Of a DNA stretch of 50,085 nt, positions 6,517 to 14,821 are shown in pieces. The position numbers were made by a program, and so were the translations under genes. This DNA is from Vicinamibacteria bacterium (GTDB lineage Bacteria > Acidobacteriota > Vicinamibacteria > Fen-336): contig DATBSL010000034.1 of NCBI GenBank assembly GCA_036559805.1, positions 1-50,085 of the forward strand, in the 5' to 3' direction. The notes beneath the pieces are model-generated. The model made no database searches and had not been told where the DNA came from. It worked only from the letters and a program-made list of their open reading frames with translations. How positions within the stretch are numbered: the first letter of the stretch is position 1; each line of letters starts with the position of its first letter.

Positions 6517-7361
6517 GTAGTGTCTGAAGTCCTGCCAACTGACATCCGTCCGGGCAGCTCCATGCGCATCGAACGGACAGCGGCTGGGTCGAGGCCCCGA
6601 CGCACGGCGATCATCTCGGCCAGGATGCTGACCGCGATCTCGTCGGGAGTCTGGGCGCCGATCTCGAGCCCCATCGGGGCGTGGACGCGCGCGAGCCGCT
6701 CCCGGGCGACTCCCCGCTCCTCGAGCGCGCTGAAGATGTGAACGACCTTGGGCCGGCTGCCGAGGAGCCCCACGTAGCGCGAGCCGCGCGCGAGCGCGGC
6801 CTCGAGCGCCTCGGCGTCCCCCTTGTGCCCGCGCGTCACGACGACGGCGTACGAGCGGGGCCCGAGCGTCATCCGCTCCGCTGCGGCCGCGAAGCCGTCC
6901 ACCAGGATGAGATCGGCCTCCGGGAAGCGTTCGGCATTGGCGTACTTGACGCGGTCGTCGCACAGCTCGACGCGGAAGCCGCACGCCTTTGCCATCCGCG
7001 CGAGCGGCTGCGCCACGTGGCCGGCTCCGAAGAGGCACAGCACAGGAACGCCCTCGATCGGCTCGATGAACACCTGCATCTTCCCCCCGCAGACGAGCCC
7101 GTCCTCGCCCGCCTGCTCCGGCGTCAGGTCGTAGGCCGCGAGCCGCGGCCGGCCCGCCTCGATCGCCTCGCGGGCGCGCCAGCTCATCTCCGCCTCGAGG
7201 CAGCCGCCCCCGATCGTCCCGAAGATGCGCCCGTCCGCGTAGACCAGCATGCGGGCGCCCGCCCGCTGCGGCGTCGAGCCCTCGGTGGACACGACCGTGA
7301 CGAGGGCCGCGCGCTCGCCGCGCGCCTCGGCCTCGAGCGCCGCCGCCAGGACTTCACGCAC
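6513..7361 (-). CDS. XdhC/CoxI-family accessory protein
   Basis: ORF 6513..7361(-), GTG start. The N-terminal XdhC_CoxI pattern is ALVTVVSTEGSTPQRAGARMLV...GTIGGGCLE. The C-terminal Rossmann-like part is LCLFGAGHVAQPLARMA...VVVTRGHKGD. Confidence 0.85.
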   Translation of the reverse strand: MREVLAAALEAEARGERAALVTVVSTEGSTPQRAGARMLVYADGRIFGTIGGGCLEAEMSWRAREAIEAGRPRLAAYDLTPEQAGEDGLVCGGKMQVFIEPIEGVPVLCLFGAGHVAQPLARMAKACGFRVELCDDRVKYANAERFPEADLILVDGFAAAAERMTLGPRSYAVVVTRGHKGDAEALEAALARGSRYVGLLGSRPKVVHIFSALEERGVARERLARVHAPMGLEIGAQTPDEIAVSILAEMIAVRRGLDPAAVRSMRMELPGRMSVGRTSDTT

Positions 7362-7373
7362 CGCTCAGGAGCC

Positions 7374-10300
7374 TCAGTGAACCGGCGCGCCGAGCCGTTC
7401 GAGCGCCGCTTGCAGCATTCTACGGTCGAGCGGGTGCGGGAGGCACTCGCGGAAGCGCCCGACCGCGTCGTCGGCGGCGCCCAGCAGCAGGATCGGCACC
7501 TCGCGCGTCGTGGCCTGCTCGGAGAGCCGCTCGGCGACCTCGTCGGCCCGAAGCCGCGGCAGGATGCGCTCGAGCACGAGCGCCGCCGGCCGCAGCCGCG
7601 CCGCCGCCTCGACCGCCTCGACGCCGTCCTGGACCTCGTGCACCGCGAAGCCGAGCGGCTCGGCGGTGCGGCGCACGTCCCGGCGCGTCCCGGCGTCGGA
7701 GGTCGCGAGCACCAGCACCGGCATGCGCGACTGGGCCGACGCGCCGAACAGCGGCAGCGTGAAGCTGAAGGTCGAGCCCTCGCCGGGCCGGCTCTTGACC
7801 TCGAAGCGGCCGCCGTGGGCGCGCACGAAGCGCTCGCAGATCGACAGCCCCAGGCCGAAGCCCTCGATCCCGCTCGCCTTGCGGTCGCGCAGCCGCGAGA
7901 ACGGCCGGAACAGCTTGGCGAGGTCGTCCGAGGCGATCCCGATGCCGTGGTCGCTCACGCTCACGACCGCGGTCTCGCGCTCCCGCCTCACCGAGAGCCG
8001 CACCTCGCCACCGCCCGGCGAATACTTCATCGCGTTCTGGAGCAGGTTCTCGACCACCTCGGCGATGCGCTCGCCGTCCGCCCACGCCGGCAGCGGCTCG
8101 TCGGGCAGCTCCACGATCAGCGGGTGCTCCGGGTCGGAGCGGAACTGCGCCGCCGTCTCGCGCAGCCGCGAGCCGAGCTCGACGAGCCGGAAGTCGAAGG
8201 CGAACTGCCCGGTCTCGAGCCGCGTCGTCTCGAGCGTGCGGTCCATGAGCGCGGCCATGCGCGAGGCGGCGCCCACGATCGCCTGCGCCTTGGCGCGCTG
8301 GTCCTCGCGCGGCGCGGCGCCGTCCGCGGCCAGCTGCTCCGCCCAGCCCAGGATCGCGGCGAGCGGCGAGCGGAAGTCGTGCGCCACCACGTTCACGAGC
8401 TCGCTCTTGGTGCGGTCGAGCTCGACCAGGCGCGCATTCGTGTGCTCGAGCGTCCCGTACAGCTCTGCGTTGCGCAGCAGGATCCCGATCCCGTCGGCGA
8501 GCGTCTGCAGCGTGATCACCTGCCCGCGGTCGAAGGCCATCGAACGGTCGCCCTCGACGTACAGCACGGCGGCGACCTCGTCCGCCACCAGGATCGGAAC
8601 GGCGAGCGCGCTGGCGGCGTCCTTCGACTGCGGCGCAAAGCCGGGATCGCCCTCGCCCGCGACGACCGTGACGCGCTCGCGCAGCGCGCGCCCCTGCGGG
8701 CCTTCCGCGAGCGGCGAGCCCGCCCAGCCCTCGTCGCGGCCGCTGCGGCCCGCCGCCGCAGCGATCCGGAACACCTCGCCCTCCGGCACGAGCATGGCGA
8801 CGAGCCCCGGGCGAAACGCGTCCTGGATCCGCGCCACCGCCGTCCCGAGGATGCGCTCGCGCGACAGGAGCGCGGCCGACTCGCGCAGGACCCCGTTCAC
8901 GAGCGCGAGCTGATCGCTGCGCTCGCGCTCCGCGGCGAACGCCACGGAGTTGGCGACGGCGATCGAGAGCTGGCCCGCGAAGCGCGTCAGGTACTCGAGG
9001 TCGTCGTCGGTAAAGGGCTGCGAGCCCGGTCGCCGGGTCGCGTTCAGCACGCCGTAGAGCACGGTCGCCGAGCGATCGCGGTCGAAGTGCGTGAGCGGCA
9101 CGCACAGGATCCGCGTGACCGGGTTTTCGCGCGGCACGAAGTCCTCGTGCTTCTCGGCCTCGTTGACGAGCACGGGCAAGAGGTCGCGCGCCACGCGCCC
9201 GGCGATGCCCTCGCCCAGCTTGAAGCTCGGCCGAGGCTCAGGCGGGGGGGACGGCTCGCTCGCCCACACGGCGAACAGGCGCAGCAGCCGCTCGCGGTCG
9301 TCGTAGCGGAACACGGAGCTGTGGTCCGCGCGGATCAGCCGGCCGGCCTCCTCGGTGGCGCGCGCGAAGAGCGCCTGCAGATCGGTGAGCGCCGACGTCT
9401 CGAGGCCCAGGTCGTAGAGCGTCGCCATCTGCCGGGCCAGGTGCTCGGTCGCCGCCTCGCTCTCGGCGCGGCGCAGCGCGAGCGCGAGCTGGCCGCCGAG
9501 CGTCGAGAGCAGGCTCGTCTCCTCCTCGTCGAAGGCCCCGGGCCGGCCGCGCAGCACCGTCAGCACGCCGAGCGCGTGCTCGCCCGCGCGCACGGGCACC
9601 GCCAGCTCCGTGGCCGCCTCGCTGCGCGAAGCCTCGAGCGGCGCGGCGAGCCGCAGCGCCCAGCGCAGCGCCTCGGGGTCGAGTGTCCCCGGCTCGATCC
9701 CCGCCTCGGCCTCGACGAAGAGCGATCCGTCCGGCCGCGGCGCGTGGAACGCCGCGCGCTCGAAACCGAGGTCGCGCTGCACGCGCTTCACCGTCAGGTC
9801 GAGCAGCCGCGCGCGCCCCGAGACCGCGGCCATGTCGCCGACGAGCGCCGCCAGGCGCTCGAAGCGCGCCGCCTGGCGCCGCTTCTGGTCGAAGGTCTGG
9901 CGGCTGCGCAGGAAGGTCGCGACGGGGCCCGCGAAGGTGGACAGGATCTGGACGTCGCCCTCGCTGAAGCCGCCGGGCTTGTCCGCTGCGCCGAGGAGGC
10001 CGATCAGCTCGCCCTCGGCCAGGAGCGGCACCAGCACCACCGACTCGGCCTCGGCCATGAGGCCGATCTCCTGCGACAGCCGCGGGTCGAGCCCGGGCTG
10101 GTTGCTGACGTAGGGCCGGCCGCTGCGCGGGCTCCACAGGCTCCGGTACTCGGGCCGCGCGACGTAGCGGAACGCCCTGGCCCGCTCGTCGGAGAGCCCG
10201 TGCACCGGCAGCGCCGCCTCCATGGTCCGCGTCGCGGGGTCGTGGAGCGCGATCCCGACGATCGGCGCGCCGATCAGGCCGGAGAGCCGCTGCGTCAGCA

Positions 10301-10787
10301 TGCGGTTGAACTCGGCGGGCTCGGCGATCAGCGACCAGTCGCGGCCGATCTCGTGCAGCCGCGACAGGTCCCGGGCGCGCGACTGCGCCTGCTCGCGGCT
10401 GCGCGCGAGCTCGTCGTGGGTCGACTTGAGGCGCAGGAAGGCGCGCACCTTCAGGATCAGCGCCGGGGTGTCGATCGGCTTGTGCAGGAAATCGTCGGCC
10501 CCGGCCTCGTAGCCGCGCCGCACGGCCACCGGGTCCCCGAACGCCGTCATCATGATCACGGGCAGGTGCGGCCCGTGCAGCTCGCGGATGCGCGCGCAGG
10601 TCTCGAAGCCGCTCATTCCTGGCAGGCGCAGGTCGAGCAGCACCAGGTCGAAGACGCCGGCCGCGAGCTCCTCGATCCCGCGCTCGCCCGACTCGGCGCG
10701 CGTCGCCGCGTAGCCGTGCAAGCTGAGGAGGTCGAGAAGCGTCTTGCCGACGAGAGCGTCGTCGTCGACGACCAGCACCTGGGCCAT
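7374..10787 (-). CDS. hybrid sensor: N-terminal receiver (REC), multiple (about 4) GAF-like domains, HisKA/HATPase_c kinase, and a C-terminal degenerate receiver-like domain
   Basis: ATG 10787 (MAQVLVVDDDALVGK...DLVLLDLRLPGMSG...KPID) gives a canonical REC. This is followed by a long GAF-like region, the H-box VVAHDFRSPL, the N/G boxes NLLQNAMKYS and GFGLGLSICERFV, and a C-terminal REC-like fold with LVLER and HP replacing the phospho-Asp and Lys. The track ORF start (11366) adds 193 non-protein-like residues. Confidence 0.85.
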   Translation of the reverse strand: MAQVLVVDDDALVGKTLLDLLSLHGYAATRAESGERGIEELAAGVFDLVLLDLRLPGMSGFETCARIRELHGPHLPVIMMTAFGDPVAVRRGYEAGADDFLHKPIDTPALILKVRAFLRLKSTHDELARSREQAQSRARDLSRLHEIGRDWSLIAEPAEFNRMLTQRLSGLIGAPIVGIALHDPATRTMEAALPVHGLSDERARAFRYVARPEYRSLWSPRSGRPYVSNQPGLDPRLSQEIGLMAEAESVVLVPLLAEGELIGLLGAADKPGGFSEGDVQILSTFAGPVATFLRSRQTFDQKRRQAARFERLAALVGDMAAVSGRARLLDLTVKRVQRDLGFERAAFHAPRPDGSLFVEAEAGIEPGTLDPEALRWALRLAAPLEASRSEAATELAVPVRAGEHALGVLTVLRGRPGAFDEEETSLLSTLGGQLALALRRAESEAATEHLARQMATLYDLGLETSALTDLQALFARATEEAGRLIRADHSSVFRYDDRERLLRLFAVWASEPSPPPEPRPSFKLGEGIAGRVARDLLPVLVNEAEKHEDFVPRENPVTRILCVPLTHFDRDRSATVLYGVLNATRRPGSQPFTDDDLEYLTRFAGQLSIAVANSVAFAAERERSDQLALVNGVLRESAALLSRERILGTAVARIQDAFRPGLVAMLVPEGEVFRIAAAAGRSGRDEGWAGSPLAEGPQGRALRERVTVVAGEGDPGFAPQSKDAASALAVPILVADEVAAVLYVEGDRSMAFDRGQVITLQTLADGIGILLRNAELYGTLEHTNARLVELDRTKSELVNVVAHDFRSPLAAILGWAEQLAADGAAPREDQRAKAQAIVGAASRMAALMDRTLETTRLETGQFAFDFRLVELGSRLRETAAQFRSDPEHPLIVELPDEPLPAWADGERIAEVVENLLQNAMKYSPGGGEVRLSVRRERETAVVSVSDHGIGIASDDLAKLFRPFSRLRDRKASGIEGFGLGLSICERFVRAHGGRFEVKSRPGEGSTFSFTLPLFGASAQSRMPVLVLATSDAGTRRDVRRTAEPLGFAVHEVQDGVEAVEAAARLRPAALVLERILPRLRADEVAERLSEQATTREVPILLLGAADDAVGRFRECLPHPLDRRMLQAALERLGAPVH

Positions 10788-10863
10788 CGGAATCGGCAGT
10801 TTGGCCCCCGGGGCCTTGGGCGTCAAGGCGCCGGGTATACTAGCGGTCTCCAGGCGAAGCCAG

Positions 10864-12555
10864 ATGACCCAGGAAAAGCCGCCGCAAGGCGGCCTCGCCG
10901 TTCTCGCCGAGGCGTTCCGGTCCAGGCGGACGGGTGTGCTCGTGGTGGGCCAGGAACACGCGGCGATCCGCGTCCAGCTCGAGGCGGGGCAGATCGTCGC
11001 GCTCGGGCTTGCGGGCGGGGACGGCGGTAGCCTTCCGAGACCCAGCGATTCGGTGAGGCTGCGGCTCGAGCGCGTGCTCACCGAGATCGGGATGCGCAAG
11101 CCGAGCGTCCAGGCCCCGGCCTCGCCTGGAAGCCTGCGCGACAGGCTGGTCGAGCGCCTGGCCGACCTCGAGCACGAGTCGCGCTTCGACGACGGCGCCG
11201 AAGCGCCGCAGGGCCTGATGGAGATACCGGTGGCGACCGAGCCGCTGATCCTGGATGCCGTGCGCCAGGTGCGCCACGACGACGCCGTGCGCCAGGCGCT
11301 CGGCGACCTCGACCGGCGGCTCGTCGCGACGGCGGCGCTCGCGGACGAGCGCACGCTGACGCTCACCGAGGGCTACCTGCTGTCCCGCATCGACGGCATG
11401 GTGTCGGTGCGCGACGTGCTCGAGCTGGTGCCGCTCGACCCGCAGGAAGCCGAGCGGGCGCTGCTCGGACTCGTGCTCACGGGCCGCGTCGAGTTCCGCG
11501 CGGCAGGCCCCAGGCTCGCGGGGCCGGAACCGCTGGCCGAGGTCGCGGCCCCGACGGAGCCCTTCCGCCCCCTCGCGGCCACGGCGCCGGACGCCGCGGA
11601 CACGGAGCCTCACGACGCCCCGGACATCATCGCCGAGGCGGACGATGACGACCCGCTGCCCGTCGAGGCGGTGCCCGACGACGAGCCCCCCAGCTCGCCC
11701 GCCGAAGCTCCCGAGGCTCCGCTCCCGGTCCAGGCGGCGAAGGTGCCGCTCGACCCCGCCACGATCGAGAGGCGGCGCGAGATCCTCGAGTTCTTCCAGG
11801 CGCTGCCGCTCAAGAACCACTTCGAGGTGCTCGGCGTGGAGCCGGGCTGCACCGACGCCGACGTGCGACGCGCCTACGTCGCGCTCGTCAAGAGATTCCA
11901 CCCGGACGCCCAGCGCGACGCGCGCATCCAGGACATCAGCGACATCCTGGAGGCCATCTTCATCCGGGTGGGCGAGGCGTGGGAGGTGCTGGGTGAGGCG
12001 CGCAGCCGGGCCTCCTACGAGTCCCGCTCCGGCATCGTGCGTCGCACGAGCAGCGTGCCACGCCAGCCGGCGACGGCCGCCAGTACCCAGGTCACGCCCA
12101 CGCCGCCCGTGGCGCCGGCTCCCGAGGAGGAGCCGGGCGCCTACGTGCCCCCCGAAGAGATCCTGATGCGAGCGAAGCGGCTCCTGACGCAGGCTCGCTA
12201 CTGGGACGCGATCCAGATGCTCGAGTCGGCCCTGCCCCGGATGGAGCCGCGCAGCCAGCAGCACCGCGGCCGTCTGCTGCTCGCGCGCGCCTACTCCAAG
12301 AACCCCAACTGGCTGAGGCGCGCCGAGGAGACGCTCCACCAGCTGCTGCGGGAGGATCCCACGAACGCGGACGCGCACTACGAGCTGGGCCTCGTCTACA
12401 AGGCCAGCGGGCTCGACGCTCGAGCCCAGGGCATGTTCAAGCGCGCCGTGGAGCTGCGGCCCGGCCACAAGGACGCCTCGGCAGAGCTGGGCATCCTCCC
12501 CGGCGAGGGCGGCAGCCTCTTCAAGCGGCTGTTCAAGCGGGGCCAGGCTTCTTGA
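10864..12555 (+). CDS. DUF4388-like N-terminal region, acidic/Pro-rich linker, J-domain (HPD present) and C-terminal TPR protein
   Basis: ATG 10864 (MTQEKPP...). The J-domain is NHFEVLGVEPGCTDADVRRAYVALVKRFHPDAQRD. The TPR-like C-terminus is ARYWDAIQMLE...NADAHYELGLVYKASGLDARAQGMFKRAVELRP. Confidence 0.8.
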   Translation: MTQEKPPQGGLAVLAEAFRSRRTGVLVVGQEHAAIRVQLEAGQIVALGLAGGDGGSLPRPSDSVRLRLERVLTEIGMRKPSVQAPASPGSLRDRLVERLADLEHESRFDDGAEAPQGLMEIPVATEPLILDAVRQVRHDDAVRQALGDLDRRLVATAALADERTLTLTEGYLLSRIDGMVSVRDVLELVPLDPQEAERALLGLVLTGRVEFRAAGPRLAGPEPLAEVAAPTEPFRPLAATAPDAADTEPHDAPDIIAEADDDDPLPVEAVPDDEPPSSPAEAPEAPLPVQAAKVPLDPATIERRREILEFFQALPLKNHFEVLGVEPGCTDADVRRAYVALVKRFHPDAQRDARIQDISDILEAIFIRVGEAWEVLGEARSRASYESRSGIVRRTSSVPRQPATAASTQVTPTPPVAPAPEEEPGAYVPPEEILMRAKRLLTQARYWDAIQMLESALPRMEPRSQQHRGRLLLARAYSKNPNWLRRAEETLHQLLREDPTNADAHYELGLVYKASGLDARAQGMFKRAVELRPGHKDASAELGILPGEGGSLFKRLFKRGQAS

Positions 12556-13034
12556 CGGGGCGGAGCGCCCTCCGCCTCCTGCCGATCGTCGTCGCCCTTG
12601 CGCTGGCAGCCGTCGCCCTCGGCGCGCCGCGCTTCACCTGGGCCAACGAGGGCGTGATCGTCGACCACCCCTGGACCCACCCGGCGGCCGCCGTGGCCGG
12701 CGCGCTCGCGGCCGGCACTGCGGCGCTCCTGTCGCGGCCACGAGCGCTGGCGGCGACTCTGGGCTGCGGCGGCCTGCTGCTGCTGGCTCTCGCCGCCTCG
12801 CAGGTCCGCTACCGCATCGACGCGCTCGAAGCCGGCTTGCAGAAGCGCACCCTCACGGGTGCTATGCGCTTCGCGTGGGGCGAACTCGAGGCCGTCGAGC
12901 CCCGCGCGAACGCGATCAACCTGCGCTCCCGCGACGGCCGCTCGGTCGTGATCGAAACGAGCCGCTTCGCGCCCGAGGACCGCAACCGGCTGGAGCGCAC
13001 GATCGCCCGGCGCGTCAAGGAAGCAGCTAGATAA
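12552..13034 (+). CDS. membrane protein with a C-terminal PH-like (bPH) domain, hypothetical
   Basis: The TTG start overlaps the upstream TGA (TTGA). There are two or three hydrophobic helices followed by a soluble tail (FAWGELEAVEPRANAINLRSRDGRSVVIETSRF). The 3' end overlaps the convergent gene by 8 nt. Confidence 0.6.
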   Translation: MTGRSALRLLPIVVALALAAVALGAPRFTWANEGVIVDHPWTHPAAAVAGALAAGTAALLSRPRALAATLGCGGLLLLALAASQVRYRIDALEAGLQKRTLTGAMRFAWGELEAVEPRANAINLRSRDGRSVVIETSRFAPEDRNRLERTIARRVKEAAR

Positions 13035-13476
13035 ACAGGTGCTCGTCGTCCTCGTGGCTCTTGCGGCGCGGCACGGGGTGCACGCCCTGGGGCCGGCCTC
13101 CGAGCTGGAGGAAGACCTCCATTCCCTTCTGCACGCCCCTGATCATCGCCAGGATGCTGCCCACGGGCTTGAGCGGGCGCACCACGAACTGCTGGATCAC
13201 GCCGGTCGTCTCCTCGATCTTGTCGATCGTGTCCGCGAGCAGCAGGTCGAGCCTGCGCGCCTGCAGCGTGGCCAGGTCCGAGATCTCCGCGGCCGCGCGC
13301 GACACGCGCGTGAAGTTCTCGAGCGCCGGCGTGACCTCGCGATCGAGGCGCGTCTGGATCGCGTCCATGCGCCGGGCGAGCTTCAGCCCGGCCACCACGA
13401 GACCGATCAGGAATCCCGCCTGGACGAGCGAAGCGAGCGCTATGACACCAAGGAAGACGATCCCCCAGGGCTCCAT
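13027..13476 (-). CDS. DUF948-like single-pass membrane protein
   Basis: ORF 13027..13476(-). An N-terminal TM helix (GIVFLGVIALASLVQAGFLIGLVVAGL) is followed by a helical region (LENFTRVSRAAAEISDLATLQARRLD). Confidence 0.65.
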   Translation of the reverse strand: MEPWGIVFLGVIALASLVQAGFLIGLVVAGLKLARRMDAIQTRLDREVTPALENFTRVSRAAAEISDLATLQARRLDLLLADTIDKIEETTGVIQQFVVRPLKPVGSILAMIRGVQKGMEVFLQLGGRPQGVHPVPRRKSHEDDEHLFI

Positions 13477-13482
13477 GGAGCG

Positions 13483-13806
13483 TTACATCTTCTCCTTCTC
13501 GTCACGGTAGGCCTGCCTGCCAGCCTCGACCGCCGATGCGAGGCGGTCGCGCCGCTTCTCGAGCGCTTCGCGCTGCCGATCGACGTAACGGGCGGCGTCG
13601 TCGGCCACCTCGCGCCCTCGCTCGATCGCCCGCTCCCCCGCCTTGCGGCTGCGATCGCCGGTCTCGCGCAGCTTCTCGCTCAGCAGATCACGCGTCTCGC
13701 GTCCCGAGCGCGGCGCGAACAGGACGGCGAGCGCGGCGCCCGAAAGCGCCCCGACCAGGAAAGAAAGGACGACACCCGACGCCCCGTTCCGGTCTTCATG
13801 GCTCAT
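13483..13806 (-). CDS. YtxH-like general-stress/membrane-anchored protein
   Basis: ORF 13483..13806(-). VLSFLVGALSGAALAVLFAPRSGRETRDLL matches the YtxH signature. A GGGAGG Shine-Dalgarno lies upstream. Confidence 0.75.
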   Translation of the reverse strand: MSHEDRNGASGVVLSFLVGALSGAALAVLFAPRSGRETRDLLSEKLRETGDRSRKAGERAIERGREVADDAARYVDRQREALEKRRDRLASAVEAGRQAYRDEKEKM

Positions 13807-14821
13807 GGCTACCTCCCGCCCTCCCGGAGCTTAGTCCAGCCTCGCGGGCACCCGCAAGGACTTGAGGCGAACTCCAGCCCTCGAGAGCCGCCTCCGACCC
13901 GGGCTCCTGCTCGGCCTTCCAGGCCAGGATCCGGAGCGTCACGGAGGACACGAGCGCCAGGTAGTCCATCGCCATCTCGAAATTGTCCTCGAGCAGATCC
14001 ACGAGCACGTCGGGCTGAAGCTGCAGGGCCACGACCGGGGTGAGTGCGCGCGCCGCGTACCAGCGCGGCGTCTGCGCGAGCGCCTCGAGCGCGCCCAGCG
14101 GGAACCCCGGCCCCGCCTGGAAGGCCACCTCGCCCGAGCCCGAGGCCTGGACGCGGCCGCTCGAGATCATCACGATGCCCTGCGACGGCTCGCCTTCCTG
14201 CCACAGCTGCGTCCCGACCTCGTAGCGCACGTTGGCCATCGTGCGCGCGAGCTCGGCCAGTGCCGTGATCGAGGTGCGCCCGAAGACGGGCATACGGCGC
14301 AGCAGCAACAACCGGTCCACGAGGTCGAGCCCGCCGTCTTCCTGCAGCGACACCGGAAGCTCGGGGGCGAACAGATTCGGGTCGAGCCGGTTCCGCCTCA
14401 GCAACTCGAGCGCCTGCCGGCTCAGCTCGCGGAGCAGGTACTGGACGATCTGGAAGCGATCCTCGAGCACCTCGGCGACCGCGTCCGCGTCGATCTCGAG
14501 CGTGAGCGTGTCGCTCTCCGCGACGGCCCGCGACGCCATGGCGGCCCGTGCCAAGAGCGGCAGGGCCCCGAGCCCGCCGCCCGGGCCCACGAGGCCGACA
14601 CGGCGGCCCTGCCGCTCGTGCGCCAGCGCGCCCTCCACCACGAAGTGCATCGAGCTCGCCCTGTCGCCCTCGTGGAACACCACGCTGCCCTTGGGGAAGA
14701 AGCGCTCGCTCGCCGCGTCGGCGATCGTCAGCAGCTCGGAGGCGGGCAGCCCGGCGAGGATCGGGATGCGCTTCAAGTACAAGAGCCGCTCGAGGGGCGG
14801 CATCGTGCGCGCCTCAGGCAT
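13796..14821 (-). CDS. protein with two cyclic-nucleotide-binding (cNMP/CAP-effector-like) domains
   Basis: ORF 13796..14821(-). LKRIPILAGLPASELLTIADAASERFFPKGSVVFHEGD is followed by a second copy, LRRMPVFGRTSITALAELARTMANVRYEVGTQLWQEGE. No DNA-binding HTH is recognisable. The alternative start is ATG 14803. Confidence 0.8.
   Translation of the reverse strand: MPEARTMPPLERLLYLKRIPILAGLPASELLTIADAASERFFPKGSVVFHEGDRASSMHFVVEGALAHERQGRRVGLVGPGGGLGALPLLARAAMASRAVAESDTLTLEIDADAVAEVLEDRFQIVQYLLRELSRQALELLRRNRLDPNLFAPELPVSLQEDGGLDLVDRLLLLRRMPVFGRTSITALAELARTMANVRYEVGTQLWQEGEPSQGIVMISSGRVQASGSGEVAFQAGPGFPLGALEALAQTPRWYAARALTPVVALQLQPDVLVDLLEDNFEMAMDYLALVSSVTLRILAWKAEQEPGSEAALEGWSSPQVLAGAREAGLSSGRAGGSHEP

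Noticed and set aside
10801-10841. Full sigma70 promoter assignment for the J/TPR gene around the TATACT at 10836
   Set aside because: No acceptable -35 hexamer lies at 16-18 nt spacing (TTGGGC is at 14 nt). Only the -10-like hexamer is reported, within the TATACT finding.
6681-11030. 1449-aa ORF on the + strand, opposite the XdhC and hybrid kinase genes
   Set aside because: The composition is extremely Arg/Ala/Gly/Glu/His-rich with no recognisable motif. The opposite strand encodes proteins with clear REC, GAF, HisKA, HATPase and XdhC motifs. This is a typical stop-codon-poor shadow ORF in high-GC DNA.
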